A DNA stretch of 28,268 bases from a virus. The notes beneath the pieces are model-generated. The model had not been told where the DNA came from and searched no databases. It was given only the letters and a program-made list of their open reading frames with translations. Shown here one piece after another: positions 18,815 to 28,099 of this stretch (within the stretch, counting starts at the first letter, position 1; the number at the start of each line of letters is the position of its first letter). The stretch lies in UHGV virus genome UHGV-0093355. The stretch is one strand, 5' to 3'. The translations under genes and the position numbers were made by a program.

Positions 18815-19600
18815 TTATGAGTGGTTTTTATTTGATGCTTTGTATTCTAAAACCTTCTTATTGGCGTAAAAGAATTTTGTATATGACAGGAATATAACCA
18901 GACCTGAAGTGAAATAGACGAGGGATAGTATTAATAATGCTTTTTTGTGACTGTTATTATCTTTAATCTCCTGGCTTAACCATTCGGAGTCCTCCTCGTT
19001 TAGCTGTAAGAGCTTATTGCAGGCGATCTCAGGAAGTGTGTCTTTTATAAATACGTTTTGCAGTCTCTTGCAATCGGCAAGGCTATAAGTTTTATTGAAT
19101 TCAACTGTTTTATTGTTGAAGGATAAAAGAACTTTGTCACTATAAACATAGTACATCATATTTTTATATGGTATGCCTATGGCATCTCTTACTATAGCGG
19201 ATTGTTTGTTGTGTATATAACATGCGAAGAGAATATAAATAATACTGGACAGAATTACAATTATTGTTTTAATTATGTGTGGTGGTTTTGTTATGTCACC
19301 CCAGAAGCGAGTAAGAAAAAAATACGATGTTTTTAGTTTTCCATCAATCAGCCCCTGCTGTATCATTCTCACATCTTCGATGCCTGATACATTGATTCCG
19401 TTAAGTATTTTAAATAGTTGAATGTCGCGCCACTCGCGGTCCAGTCTTTTTAATTTTTTGTCTGAATATCCAAATTTGAAATAATGTGCAATAAGCCTCA
19501 TAAGGTTACTTTTACCAAAGCTAAAAAATGCTAATACTGCAAAGACCAAAAGATACAAAACGATTAGCTCCCACACATTAGTCACATTATAGCTGACCAT
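18815..19600 (-). CDS. Multi-pass membrane protein of unknown function, 261 aa (P2 orf30 position)
   Basis: AAGGAG RBS 6 nt before the ATG; AT-rich; three strongly hydrophobic segments (N-terminal, central, C-terminal); opposite strand to the late operons. Confidence 0.7.
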   Translation of the reverse strand: MVSYNVTNVWELIVLYLLVFAVLAFFSFGKSNLMRLIAHYFKFGYSDKKLKRLDREWRDIQLFKILNGINVSGIEDVRMIQQGLIDGKLKTSYFFLTRFWGDITKPPHIIKTIIVILSSIIYILFACYIHNKQSAIVRDAIGIPYKNMMYYVYSDKVLLSFNNKTVEFNKTYSLADCKRLQNVFIKDTLPEIACNKLLQLNEEDSEWLSQEIKDNNSHKKALLILSLVYFTSGLVIFLSYTKFFYANKKVLEYKASNKNHS

Positions 19601-19683
19601 TACGCTCTCCTTGAATGTTGTCTGGTGGTTCTACAAATGAATCCAGATAGCATAACTTTTATATATTGTGCAATCTCACATGC

Positions 19684-20319
19684 ATGGACACTCTCGCAAA
19701 TATTCAGGAACTCGCGCGCGCACTGCGCAACATGATTCGTACCGGCATTATCGTTGAAACCGACCTTAACGCCGGTCGCTGCCGTGTGCAGACCGGTGGC
19801 ATGTGCACCGACTGGTTGCAGTGGCTGACTCATCGTGCTGGGCGTTCGCGCGCATGGTGGGCACCTTCCGTGGGGGAACAGGTGCTGATTCTGGCTGTGG
19901 GCGGTGAACTCGACACGGCGTTCGTTCTGCCGGGGATTTATTCCGGCGATAACCCCGCGCCGTCTGCGTCGGCGGATGCCCTGCATATCCGTTTCCCTGA
20001 CGGGGCGGTGATTGAGTATGAACCCGAAACCAGTGCACTCACGGTAAGCGGAATTAAAACGGCCAGCGTGACGGCTTCTGATTCTGTTACTGCCACGGTG
20101 CCGGTGGTCATGGTGAAAGCATCAACCCGCGTCACCCTGGACACACCGGAGGTGGTCTGCACCAACAGGCTGATTACCGGCACGCTGGAAGTGCAGAAGG
20201 GCGGGACGATGCGCGGCAACATTGAACACACCGGCGGTGAACTCTCATCAAACGGTAAGGTACTGCATACCCATAAACACCCCGGCGACAGCGGCGGCAC
20301 AACCGGGAGTCCTTTATGA
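19684..20319 (+). CDS. V: Baseplate spike/assembly protein V, 211 aa
   Basis: Start at MDTLANIQELARAL (19684); 211 aa; recognised as P2 V-like. Confidence 0.9.
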   Translation: MDTLANIQELARALRNMIRTGIIVETDLNAGRCRVQTGGMCTDWLQWLTHRAGRSRAWWAPSVGEQVLILAVGGELDTAFVLPGIYSGDNPAPSASADALHIRFPDGAVIEYEPETSALTVSGIKTASVTASDSVTATVPVVMVKASTRVTLDTPEVVCTNRLITGTLEVQKGGTMRGNIEHTGGELSSNGKVLHTHKHPGDSGGTTGSPL

Positions 20320-20663
20320 CAGCGCGTTATCTCGGAATGAATCGCAGTGATGGCCTGACGGTCACTGACCTTGAGCATATCAGCCAGAGTATCGGCGATA
20401 TCCTGCGCACACCGGTCGGCTCACGGGTGATGCGTCGTGATTACGGCTCGTTGCTGGCGTCAATGATTGACCAGCCGCAGACCCCGGCGCTTGAGTTGCA
20501 GATTAAGGTCGCCTGTTACATGGCGGTGCTGAAATGGGAACCCCGCGTCACCCTGTCATCCGTCACCACTGAGCGCAGTTTTGACGGGCGAATGACGGTC
20601 ACGTTAACCGGCCAGCACAACGACACCGGCCAGCCACTTTCGTTAACCATCCCTGTGAGTTGA
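20316..20663 (+). CDS. W: Baseplate protein W, 115 aa
   Basis: 115 aa; ATGA overlap with V. Confidence 0.9.
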   Translation: MTARYLGMNRSDGLTVTDLEHISQSIGDILRTPVGSRVMRRDYGSLLASMIDQPQTPALELQIKVACYMAVLKWEPRVTLSSVTTERSFDGRMTVTLTGQHNDTGQPLSLTIPVS

Positions 20664-20667
20664 AACC

Positions 20668-21576
20668 ATGCCGATTATCGACCTGAACCAGCTACCCGCA
20701 CCGGATGTGGTCGAGGAGCTGGACTTTGAAACCATTCTTGCCGAACGCAAGGCGACACTGATTTCCCTTTACCCGGAAGACCAGCAGGAGGCGGTCGCCC
20801 GTACCCTGACACTGGAATCTGAGCCTCTCGTCAAACTGCTGGAGGAAAATGCTTATCGTGAGCTTATCTGGCGTCAGCGTGTGAATGAGGCCGCACGGGC
20901 GGTAATGCTGGCCTGTGCTGCCGGTAATGACCTTGATGTGATTGGTGCCAATTACAACACCACGCGCCTGATTATCACCCCGGCAGATGATTCGACCATC
21001 CCGCCGACACCGGCAGTGATGGAGTCTGACACCGATTATCGTCTGCGTATTCAGCAGGCGTTTGAGGGCTTAAGCGTCGCCGGGTCGGTGGGAGCCTATC
21101 AGTATCATGGACGCAGTGCTGACGGGCGTGTCGCGGATATCTCTGTCACCAGTCCGTCTCCGGCCTGTGTCACCATCTCTGTGCTGTCACGTGAAAATAA
21201 CGGTGTCGCTTCCGAAGACCTGCTGGCGGTGGTGCGTAACGCCCTTAATGGTGAGGACGTCAGGCCGGTGGCCGACCGCGTGACCGTGCAGTCTGCCGCC
21301 ATCGTTGAATACCAGATAAACGCCACGCTTTACCTTTACCCTGGTCCCGAAAGCGAACCCATCCGCGCGGCCGCCGTGAAAAAACTGGAAGCATACATCA
21401 CGGCACAGCACCGGCTGGGGCGCGACATCCGTCTGTCTGCCATTTATGCCGCTTTGCATGTGGAAGGCGTGCAGCGTGTCGAACTGGCTGCACCACTGGC
21501 CGACATCGTGCTCAACAATACGCAGGCGTCTTTCTGTACCGAATACCGCGTTGTGACCGGAGGCTCGGATGAGTGA
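20668..21576 (+). CDS. J: Baseplate protein J, 302 aa
   Basis: 302 aa; recognised as P2 J-like. Confidence 0.9.
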   Translation: MPIIDLNQLPAPDVVEELDFETILAERKATLISLYPEDQQEAVARTLTLESEPLVKLLEENAYRELIWRQRVNEAARAVMLACAAGNDLDVIGANYNTTRLIITPADDSTIPPTPAVMESDTDYRLRIQQAFEGLSVAGSVGAYQYHGRSADGRVADISVTSPSPACVTISVLSRENNGVASEDLLAVVRNALNGEDVRPVADRVTVQSAAIVEYQINATLYLYPGPESEPIRAAAVKKLEAYITAQHRLGRDIRLSAIYAALHVEGVQRVELAAPLADIVLNNTQASFCTEYRVVTGGSDE

Positions 21577-22099
21577 TTCGCGACTGCTGCCGACCGGCTC
21601 ATCACCGCTTGAAGTTGCTGCCGCAAAAGCCTGTGCGGAAATTGAAAAAACGCCGGTCAGGATTCGTGAGCTGTGGAACCCGGACACCTGCCCGGCAAAT
21701 TTGCTGCCGTGGCTGGCGTGGGCGTTTTCGGTCGACAGGTGGGATGAAAAGTGGCCGGAAGCGACAAAACGCGCCGTTATCCGCGATGCCTATTTCATCC
21801 ACTGTCATAAAGGCACTATCGGCGCAATCCGGCGTGTGGTGGAGCCGCTCGGCTATCTCATCAACGTGACGGAGTGGTGGGAAAACAGTGACCCGCCCGG
21901 CACCTTCCGGCTTGATATTGGCGTACTGGAAAGTGGCATCACAGAGGCAATGTATCAGGAAATGGAACGGCTGATTGCTGATGCCAAACCTGCAAGCCGT
22001 CACCTTATTGGTCTGAACATTACCCGGGACATTCCCGGCTATCTGTTCGCCGGTGGTGTGGCTTACGACGGCGATGTAATTACGGTTTACCCCGGATAA
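21569..22099 (+). CDS. I: Tail protein I, 176 aa
   Basis: 176 aa; overlaps J stop. Confidence 0.9.
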   Translation: MSDSRLLPTGSSPLEVAAAKACAEIEKTPVRIRELWNPDTCPANLLPWLAWAFSVDRWDEKWPEATKRAVIRDAYFIHCHKGTIGAIRRVVEPLGYLINVTEWWENSDPPGTFRLDIGVLESGITEAMYQEMERLIADAKPASRHLIGLNITRDIPGYLFAGGVAYDGDVITVYPG

Positions 22100-22109
22100 G
22101 TGAGGAATA

Positions 22110-24272
22110 ATGAGCACAAAATTCAAAACTGTTATCACCACTGCCGGTGCAGCAAAGCTGGCAGCGGCAACCGCGCCGGGAGGGCGGAAGGTCAACATTA
22201 CCACGATGGCCGTCGGGGATGGCGGTGGTAAATTGCCTGTCCCGGATGCCGGACAGACCGGGCTTATCCATGAAGTCTGGCGACATGCGCTGAACAAAAT
22301 CAGCCAGGACAAACGAAACAGTAATTATATTATCGCAGAGCTGGTTATTCCGCCGGAGGTGGGCGGTTTCTGGATGCGTGAGCTTGGCCTGTACGATGAT
22401 GCGGGAACGTTAATTGCTGTGGCGAACATGGCCGAAAGTTATAAACCCGCTCTTGCCGAAGGCTCAGGGCGTTCGCAGACCTGCCGCATGGTCATCATCG
22501 TCAGCAGTGTGGCCTCAGTGGAGCTGACCATTGACACCACAACGGTGATGGCGACGCAGGATTACGTTGATGACAAAATTGCAGAGCATGAACAGTCACG
22601 ACGTCACCCGGACGCCTCGCTGACCGCAAAAGGTTTTACTCAGTTAAGCAGTGCGACCAACAGCACGTCTGAAACACTGGCCGCAACGCCGAAAGCGGTA
22701 AAGGCCGCCTATGACCTTGCTAACGGGAAATATACTGCGCAGGATGCCACCACGGCGCGAAAAGGCCTTGTTCAGCTCAGTAGTGTGACCAACAGCACGT
22801 CTGAAACGCTCGCCGCAACGCCGAAAGCGGTAAAGGCCGCCTATGACCTTGCTAACGGGAAATACACTGCACAGGACGCCACCACCGCGCGAAAAGGTCT
22901 TGTCCAGCTCAGTAGCGCCACCAACAGCGATTCTGAAACGCTGGCCGCAACACCAAAAGCGGTGAAGTCTGCCAATGACAATGCTGAAAAACGTCTTCAG
23001 AAAGATCAGAACGGTGCGGATATTCCGGGAAAGGATACCTTCACGAAAAATATCGGTGCCTGTCGTGCTTATAGCGGCGCTTTGAGCACTGAAGCCGGAA
23101 ACTGGACAACCGCTCAGTTTATTGAATGGCTGGATTCCCGTGGTGCATTTAATCATCCGTACTGGATGTGCAAAGGCTCCTGGTCATATGCAAATAACAA
23201 AATCATTACGGATACCGGATGTGGGGATATCCACCTGGCTGGTTGTGTCGTCGAGGTCATGGGAACAAAATCTGCAATCACTATTCGAGTGACCACGCCG
23301 ACAACATCAAGCGGTGGCGGTACAACCAGCGCGCAATTCACTTACATTAATCATGGGGACGGCTACTCCCCCGGCTGGCGTCGTGACTGGAATCGTCAGG
23401 GCGACGCAATGACCGGAACGATTAATCAGGATGGCGGAAGCCAGAATGCCTATATGTCTACGGCCTTATGTTCAGGCACCAGAGGCGGCAAAAAATATCT
23501 CAGAAAGTTTCGTGGTGGAGAAGGAGACACTATCTGGCATGAAACAGTGCAGGGCGGGGTAATTCGCTGGGCGACAGGAAACTATGACGCTCAGGAAGAA
23601 TTATCACTCAGCTCCGCTTATGGTCTCCGTTCTAGAGGTGAAATTACATCACTCAGTGCTAATGGTCTGCGCATTGCTTATGGCAATTATGGATTCTTTA
23701 TCAGGAATGATGGCGGCAGCACATATTTAATGCTGACGGCCTCTGGCGATAAATTTGGGACATGGAACGGTTTAAGACCGCTGACTATCAATAACGCTAA
23801 TGGCGGAGTGTCAATGGGGCATGGCCTGAGTGTTACTGGTGATATTGCCTCAAGTACCAAAGTACGCGCCGGTAGCGGGAAAAAGTTCACGGTCAGCAGC
23901 AGTAATACATCCACGAAGGAAGCCGCATTCAATTTGTGGGGAAACTCAAGTCGTCCGGTGGTGGCTGAATTAGGTGATGATGCAGGCTGGCATTTTTACA
24001 GTCAGAGAAATACAGATAACAGCATCACTTTTGCTGTTAACGGTCAGGTATCACCATCTAACTATAGTAATTTTGATTCCCGTTATGTACGCGATATCCG
24101 GCTTGGGACTCGAGTTGTCCAGACCATGCAGAAAGGGGTGATGTATGAGAAAGCAGGGCACGTAATTACCGGGCTTGGTATTGTCGGTGAAGTCGATGGT
24201 GATGACCCCGCAGTATTCAGACCAATACAAAAATACATCAATGGCACATGGTATAACGTCGCACAGGTGTAA
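22110..24272 (+). CDS. H: Tail fibre protein, 720 aa (P2 gpH-like termini, divergent middle)
   Basis: N-terminal ~190 aa and C-terminal ~130 aa recognised as P2 H-like; contains internal tandem repeats. Confidence 0.9.
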   Translation: MSTKFKTVITTAGAAKLAAATAPGGRKVNITTMAVGDGGGKLPVPDAGQTGLIHEVWRHALNKISQDKRNSNYIIAELVIPPEVGGFWMRELGLYDDAGTLIAVANMAESYKPALAEGSGRSQTCRMVIIVSSVASVELTIDTTTVMATQDYVDDKIAEHEQSRRHPDASLTAKGFTQLSSATNSTSETLAATPKAVKAAYDLANGKYTAQDATTARKGLVQLSSVTNSTSETLAATPKAVKAAYDLANGKYTAQDATTARKGLVQLSSATNSDSETLAATPKAVKSANDNAEKRLQKDQNGADIPGKDTFTKNIGACRAYSGALSTEAGNWTTAQFIEWLDSRGAFNHPYWMCKGSWSYANNKIITDTGCGDIHLAGCVVEVMGTKSAITIRVTTPTTSSGGGTTSAQFTYINHGDGYSPGWRRDWNRQGDAMTGTINQDGGSQNAYMSTALCSGTRGGKKYLRKFRGGEGDTIWHETVQGGVIRWATGNYDAQEELSLSSAYGLRSRGEITSLSANGLRIAYGNYGFFIRNDGGSTYLMLTASGDKFGTWNGLRPLTINNANGGVSMGHGLSVTGDIASSTKVRAGSGKKFTVSSSNTSTKEAAFNLWGNSSRPVVAELGDDAGWHFYSQRNTDNSITFAVNGQVSPSNYSNFDSRYVRDIRLGTRVVQTMQKGVMYEKAGHVITGLGIVGEVDGDDPAVFRPIQKYINGTWYNVAQV
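22641..22970 (+). repeat. In-frame 132-bp tandem repeat, ~2.5 copies, inside tail fibre gene
   Basis: Units at 22641-22772 and 22773-22904 are near-identical (44-aa unit QLSS[AV]TNSTSETLAATPKAVKAAYDLANGKYTAQDATTARKGLV); a third partial, diverged unit follows from 22905. Confidence 0.85.
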
Positions 24273-24275
24273 TTT

Positions 24276-24803
24276 ATGCAACATTTAAAAAATATTACTG
24301 CGGGTAATCCAAAAACTGTTGCCCAATATCAACTGACAAAAAATTTTGATGTTATCTGGTTATGGTCCGAAGAGGGAAAAAACTGGTATGAGGAAGTAAG
24401 TAATTTTCAGGAGGACACGATAAAGATTGTTTACGACGAGAATAATATAATTGTCGGCATCACCCGAGATGCTTCAACGCTTAACCCTGAAGGTTTTAGC
24501 GTTGTTGAGGTTCCTGATATTACTGCCAACCGACGTGCTGATGACTCAGGTAAATGGATGTTTAAGGATGGTGCCGTGATTAAGCGGATTTATACGGCAG
24601 ACGAACAGCAGCAACTGGCAGAATCACAAAAGGCAACTTTGCTTTCCGAAGCCGAATCCGTGATTTTGCCGCTGGAGCGCGCTGTCAGGCTGAATATGGC
24701 AACAGATGAGGAGCGTAGCCGACTGGATGCATGGGAGCGTTACAGCGTTCTGGTCAGTCGTGTGGATCCTGCAAATCCTGAATGGCCGGAAATGCCGCAA
24801 TAA
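24276..24803 (+). CDS. G: Tail fibre assembly chaperone, 175 aa (P2 gpG-like)
   Basis: 175 aa immediately after H. Confidence 0.9.
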   Translation: MQHLKNITAGNPKTVAQYQLTKNFDVIWLWSEEGKNWYEEVSNFQEDTIKIVYDENNIIVGITRDASTLNPEGFSVVEVPDITANRRADDSGKWMFKDGAVIKRIYTADEQQQLAESQKATLLSEAESVILPLERAVRLNMATDEERSRLDAWERYSVLVSRVDPANPEWPEMPQ

Positions 24804-25345
24804 GTTGTATGAGCTCTAGTGTGAGCTTACATATCTATGGCACAGAGTAAAGACTAATCTGACAGTCCGCTCTGTGCCAAAAGCGGTTCTTGCCTGAAGG
24901 CTCTGCCAGCTCGTTATTGCCCCATTCCGTGTTTTGGCTCGTTAGCTCAATCAAAAAATCCCACTCCTGCTGCCATACAAATTCTTATCTATTTGCCTAT
25001 GTTTGCCTTATCAGAAATCGACTAATAATGTATGGGTATACCGTCATGCTTAAATTTAGGTGTTTTTGTATGATTTTAACACAGAATTAGTGCGCGCCAA
25101 TTCCATTCGAAATGTATAAAAATCTATAAAATCAATTAACTATAGGTTCTTGATTTTAGTTAATAGGTTTGAAAAACGCGCCTGCGCGTTTTTCAAGATA
25201 GTGTATTTGGCAAAAAGATGATAACATATTTGCATACAAATAGTTAACCGTGCGCGTTTTTACTGGTCTAACGAAGTAAATGTGCATCCGCACGAATAAA
25301 ATATTAGGCCTATACAACACACAGCCATCACTATCGGGAATAAAT

Positions 25346-26785
25346 ATGACAGACAGGAAAACAGTAGCCGTAGTTGATGCTGGTCACCTCGTTTCACCAA
25401 TCGGTGAACTCAATGAGCAATTAGAGTGGTATCTCGTAAACGTTGGGCTCCCTGTTAATGATGTTGTTGCACCAATTGCTGAAAGAAAAAAGGTCATTGC
25501 ACAACTCGCTGATGCTCTGGAAATACTTCCTCACGCTGATCGTGGACAAGCCCACTACTTATCGCGCTTTACGATTGCAATCGCTGCTGGGCTTTTTGAT
25601 GGCGCGCTAAATTATCTTTGGGACGAAACCGTCAGGGCTCTTCGTCGCCAAGTCATTAGCTTTGATATTCAATATTTTTATTCGGTTGCCGAGAAAATCA
25701 GTTCCCGCTACAAGTCGCTTTCAAAGTCAGAAGAAATCGATCAAGTTAGCGAACACGATCTATTGGAGGGGTGCCGCCGAATAGGGTTGGTAACTGATGT
25801 TAACTATCAACGACTAGAGCATGTTAACTACATGCGCAATCATGCAAGTGCTGCACATCCAAACGACAACGAAATCGATGGCTACGAAATGCTTGGGTGG
25901 CTAACGGCATGTCTTAAACATGCCATCACCGCAGAGCCAGACCATTCTCTAATTTCCATCAAGCAACTTCTCCAGAACATTCGTACGGTAGCCATTCCAA
26001 GTGGTGACTTTTCCGTAATCTGTTCTGATTTGGCAAAACAACCGCAAGAGCGGATTGATGACTTCCTCTGGACGTTATTTGGTATCTACACGGATGATAA
26101 ATCTGCTCAGCATGCAAGAGATAATATTGAAGGCATTAGTCCAGCCGTCTGGGTTGCTGCAACCGAAGATAGAAAATACGAAATTGGTGCCCGGTTTGGA
26201 ATGCTCCGAAAAAATGGACAGGTCGCGAAGAAGGATGCCAGCCAGAAATTCCTGGAAGTGGTGGGTGGTCTCGCATACAAAGATGAAGACAGCCTTGCCG
26301 GCGAATTGATAGAGAAGCTTGAGAACCTCTATCGTGCGCACTTCGGATCAAACAATTTTTATAACGAATATCCTCATGCAAAAGCACTGAATGATAGTTT
26401 GCCCGCTACAGGAAAAATTCCCCGTGCGGCTCGGGCAATGTGGGTCAAGGTAATTTCAATTTGCTATGTCGGCAACGGGCATGGATACAGGCAAGGAGTG
26501 GACGAGCAAGCCCTCCCATATTATCAAGACTACGTAAGTAATTTCACCGAAGGGGAAACGGCCGAATTTATCAAACTTTTCTTTGAACCCGAGTTTGCCA
26601 GCCCGCTATCACGAAGCACCCCAGATAAACGAGCCCGTGATTTGGCAACGCTCCTGAAAGCCAAACACACAAACGTTCATTTACAGCGAGCGCTCGATTT
26701 AATCATTGCAGCCCCCGCGAAGACTTTATATGGTCTTTACAACACTACAGGCTTCAAGAATGTTGTTCCAAATCTTCCAGCTTAA
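25346..26785 (+). CDS. Cargo protein of unknown function, 479 aa (Z/fun position, gene 1)
   Basis: Long ORF in an AT-rich island; start set at ATG 25346 (MTDRK), though ATG 25280 is possible and neither has a strong RBS. Contains an R-N-x5-H motif (about nt 25835-25858). Confidence 0.65.
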   Translation: MTDRKTVAVVDAGHLVSPIGELNEQLEWYLVNVGLPVNDVVAPIAERKKVIAQLADALEILPHADRGQAHYLSRFTIAIAAGLFDGALNYLWDETVRALRRQVISFDIQYFYSVAEKISSRYKSLSKSEEIDQVSEHDLLEGCRRIGLVTDVNYQRLEHVNYMRNHASAAHPNDNEIDGYEMLGWLTACLKHAITAEPDHSLISIKQLLQNIRTVAIPSGDFSVICSDLAKQPQERIDDFLWTLFGIYTDDKSAQHARDNIEGISPAVWVAATEDRKYEIGARFGMLRKNGQVAKKDASQKFLEVVGGLAYKDEDSLAGELIEKLENLYRAHFGSNNFYNEYPHAKALNDSLPATGKIPRAARAMWVKVISICYVGNGHGYRQGVDEQALPYYQDYVSNFTEGETAEFIKLFFEPEFASPLSRSTPDKRARDLATLLKAKHTNVHLQRALDLIIAAPAKTLYGLYNTTGFKNVVPNLPA

Positions 26786-26869
26786 CAAATCGTTCCAGAG
26801 GACTCCGAAAAAGCTACGCTTTTTCTCCCTCCCCCCCCTGAACTCATGCGTTATGTTTAAGAGGCTGGT

Positions 26870-27772
26870 TTGAGCGGTATAAAAATAACTTTTGCTTATG
26901 ATAGCAATGGTGTTCGTGTGGATGCTGATTCTTATGGAGCTCTCCCTATAGCTCATCCTCTCGTATGTCCAGATAAAAACTGTGAAGCGTTTTTGAAGCA
27001 TGTGAATGGGTATAAGCGTGAAAGCTACGGCAAACAGCAGTTCATCCCTGCTTTTTACCGATTAGAAAAAGGCTTCGATCATAGTGAGTATTGCCGTTAC
27101 AAATCCTCTGGTAGAGATACAATTGTTGCTGGAGAGTCAGATCATGAAGTTAAAGATGCTCTTGCTAAAGGTGAATTATTGTTTCGTATTCATGTAATGG
27201 ATGCGGAAGAAAAGAAAAAGCTAAAAGATAAGGCAGGGGTCTTTCAACAGTTTCCACCGAATGATACGACTGAGCGGAAATATAGAAACCGAGGACGCAG
27301 ATCTACTTACGTTCGCACGATGAATAGCCTATTGGAAATCTATAATCATGGGCGTCTTAATCCACAAGATAGAGCAAAGATTAGGCTCATAATTGGCGGT
27401 AAGTTAGTAAAGTGGACAGATTTCTTTTACTCGACCAATCACCTAGGTAGTCTAAAATCACGCCTTCATCGTGAGGGAATTGTTCAAGCAGCCGTTGTAG
27501 TTAAAGTAAGTGTTGTAGGACTACCAAATAAAAAACTTAATGGCTTTTGCTTTATAGAGTGTAGCCCCAAGACTACTGGATTAGGTAAACATATATACAC
27601 AACGTTGAAACTAGCTAAGAGCTTCCCAAGTAGTCACTTCACTTTGAATCAAAACGTAATGGTTTTGGGAAAATTTAGCATTCCAGAACCAAGTGCCCGT
27701 GTTACTCCATCATATTTAGGTAATGAAATCAGGACACTAATAACTCACGCACAGCAAGTGGTGGTCATTTAA
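26870..27772 (+). CDS. Cargo protein of unknown function, 300 aa (Z/fun position, gene 2)
   Basis: ORF beginning with TTG at 26870, 5 nt after AAGAGG (26859-26864); co-directional, 84 bp after gene 1; AT-rich; basic (Lys/Arg-rich) central region. Confidence 0.6.
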   Translation: MSGIKITFAYDSNGVRVDADSYGALPIAHPLVCPDKNCEAFLKHVNGYKRESYGKQQFIPAFYRLEKGFDHSEYCRYKSSGRDTIVAGESDHEVKDALAKGELLFRIHVMDAEEKKKLKDKAGVFQQFPPNDTTERKYRNRGRRSTYVRTMNSLLEIYNHGRLNPQDRAKIRLIIGGKLVKWTDFFYSTNHLGSLKSRLHREGIVQAAVVVKVSVVGLPNKKLNGFCFIECSPKTTGLGKHIYTTLKLAKSFPSSHFTLNQNVMVLGKFSIPEPSARVTPSYLGNEIRTLITHAQQVVVI

Positions 27773-28070
27773 ACATAACAAATGCTTCCAGAGGGCTTCC
27801 AACGCGTGGCATTTTTGCAGTGCGTTGATTTCGGTGGTTTCAGTGTTATGCGGAAACTTGGTAGTAGCGTTGCCTGCCCTTAGGCGGGCGTTATCTCCAT
27901 AGAAATTTTAATCCGAAACTGACGAATTAGAGCAAAGGGGCTACCACGCTTTATATGTCTAGAAGCAAGTTACGGCAATGACCGCTCCTCGCTCAAAGCA
28001 GACTGTCAGATTTGATAGCGTTTGGGCTATGTAAATTGTCAGTTGGAAAATGAGTGAGTGCAAATCATGA

Positions 28071-28099
28071 CAGGCGGGCTGATTGCCCGCCTTTTCTTT
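28071..28099 (+). terminator. Rho-independent terminator downstream of cargo island 3
   Basis: Stem AGGCGGGC / GCCCGCCT with 5-nt loop, followed by TTTTCTTTATC. Confidence 0.55.

Noticed and set aside
21602-23156. Antisense ORFs 21602-22312 (-) and 22644-23156 (-) opposite tail genes I and H
   Set aside because: Mirror images of real coding sequence (the second is the antisense reading of the tandem repeat); no independent support.
24890-25090. 66-aa ORF in the AT-rich leader of cargo island 3
   Set aside because: No RBS, Cys/Phe-rich low-complexity translation typical of AT-rich non-coding DNA; the region is more plausibly promoter or leader.
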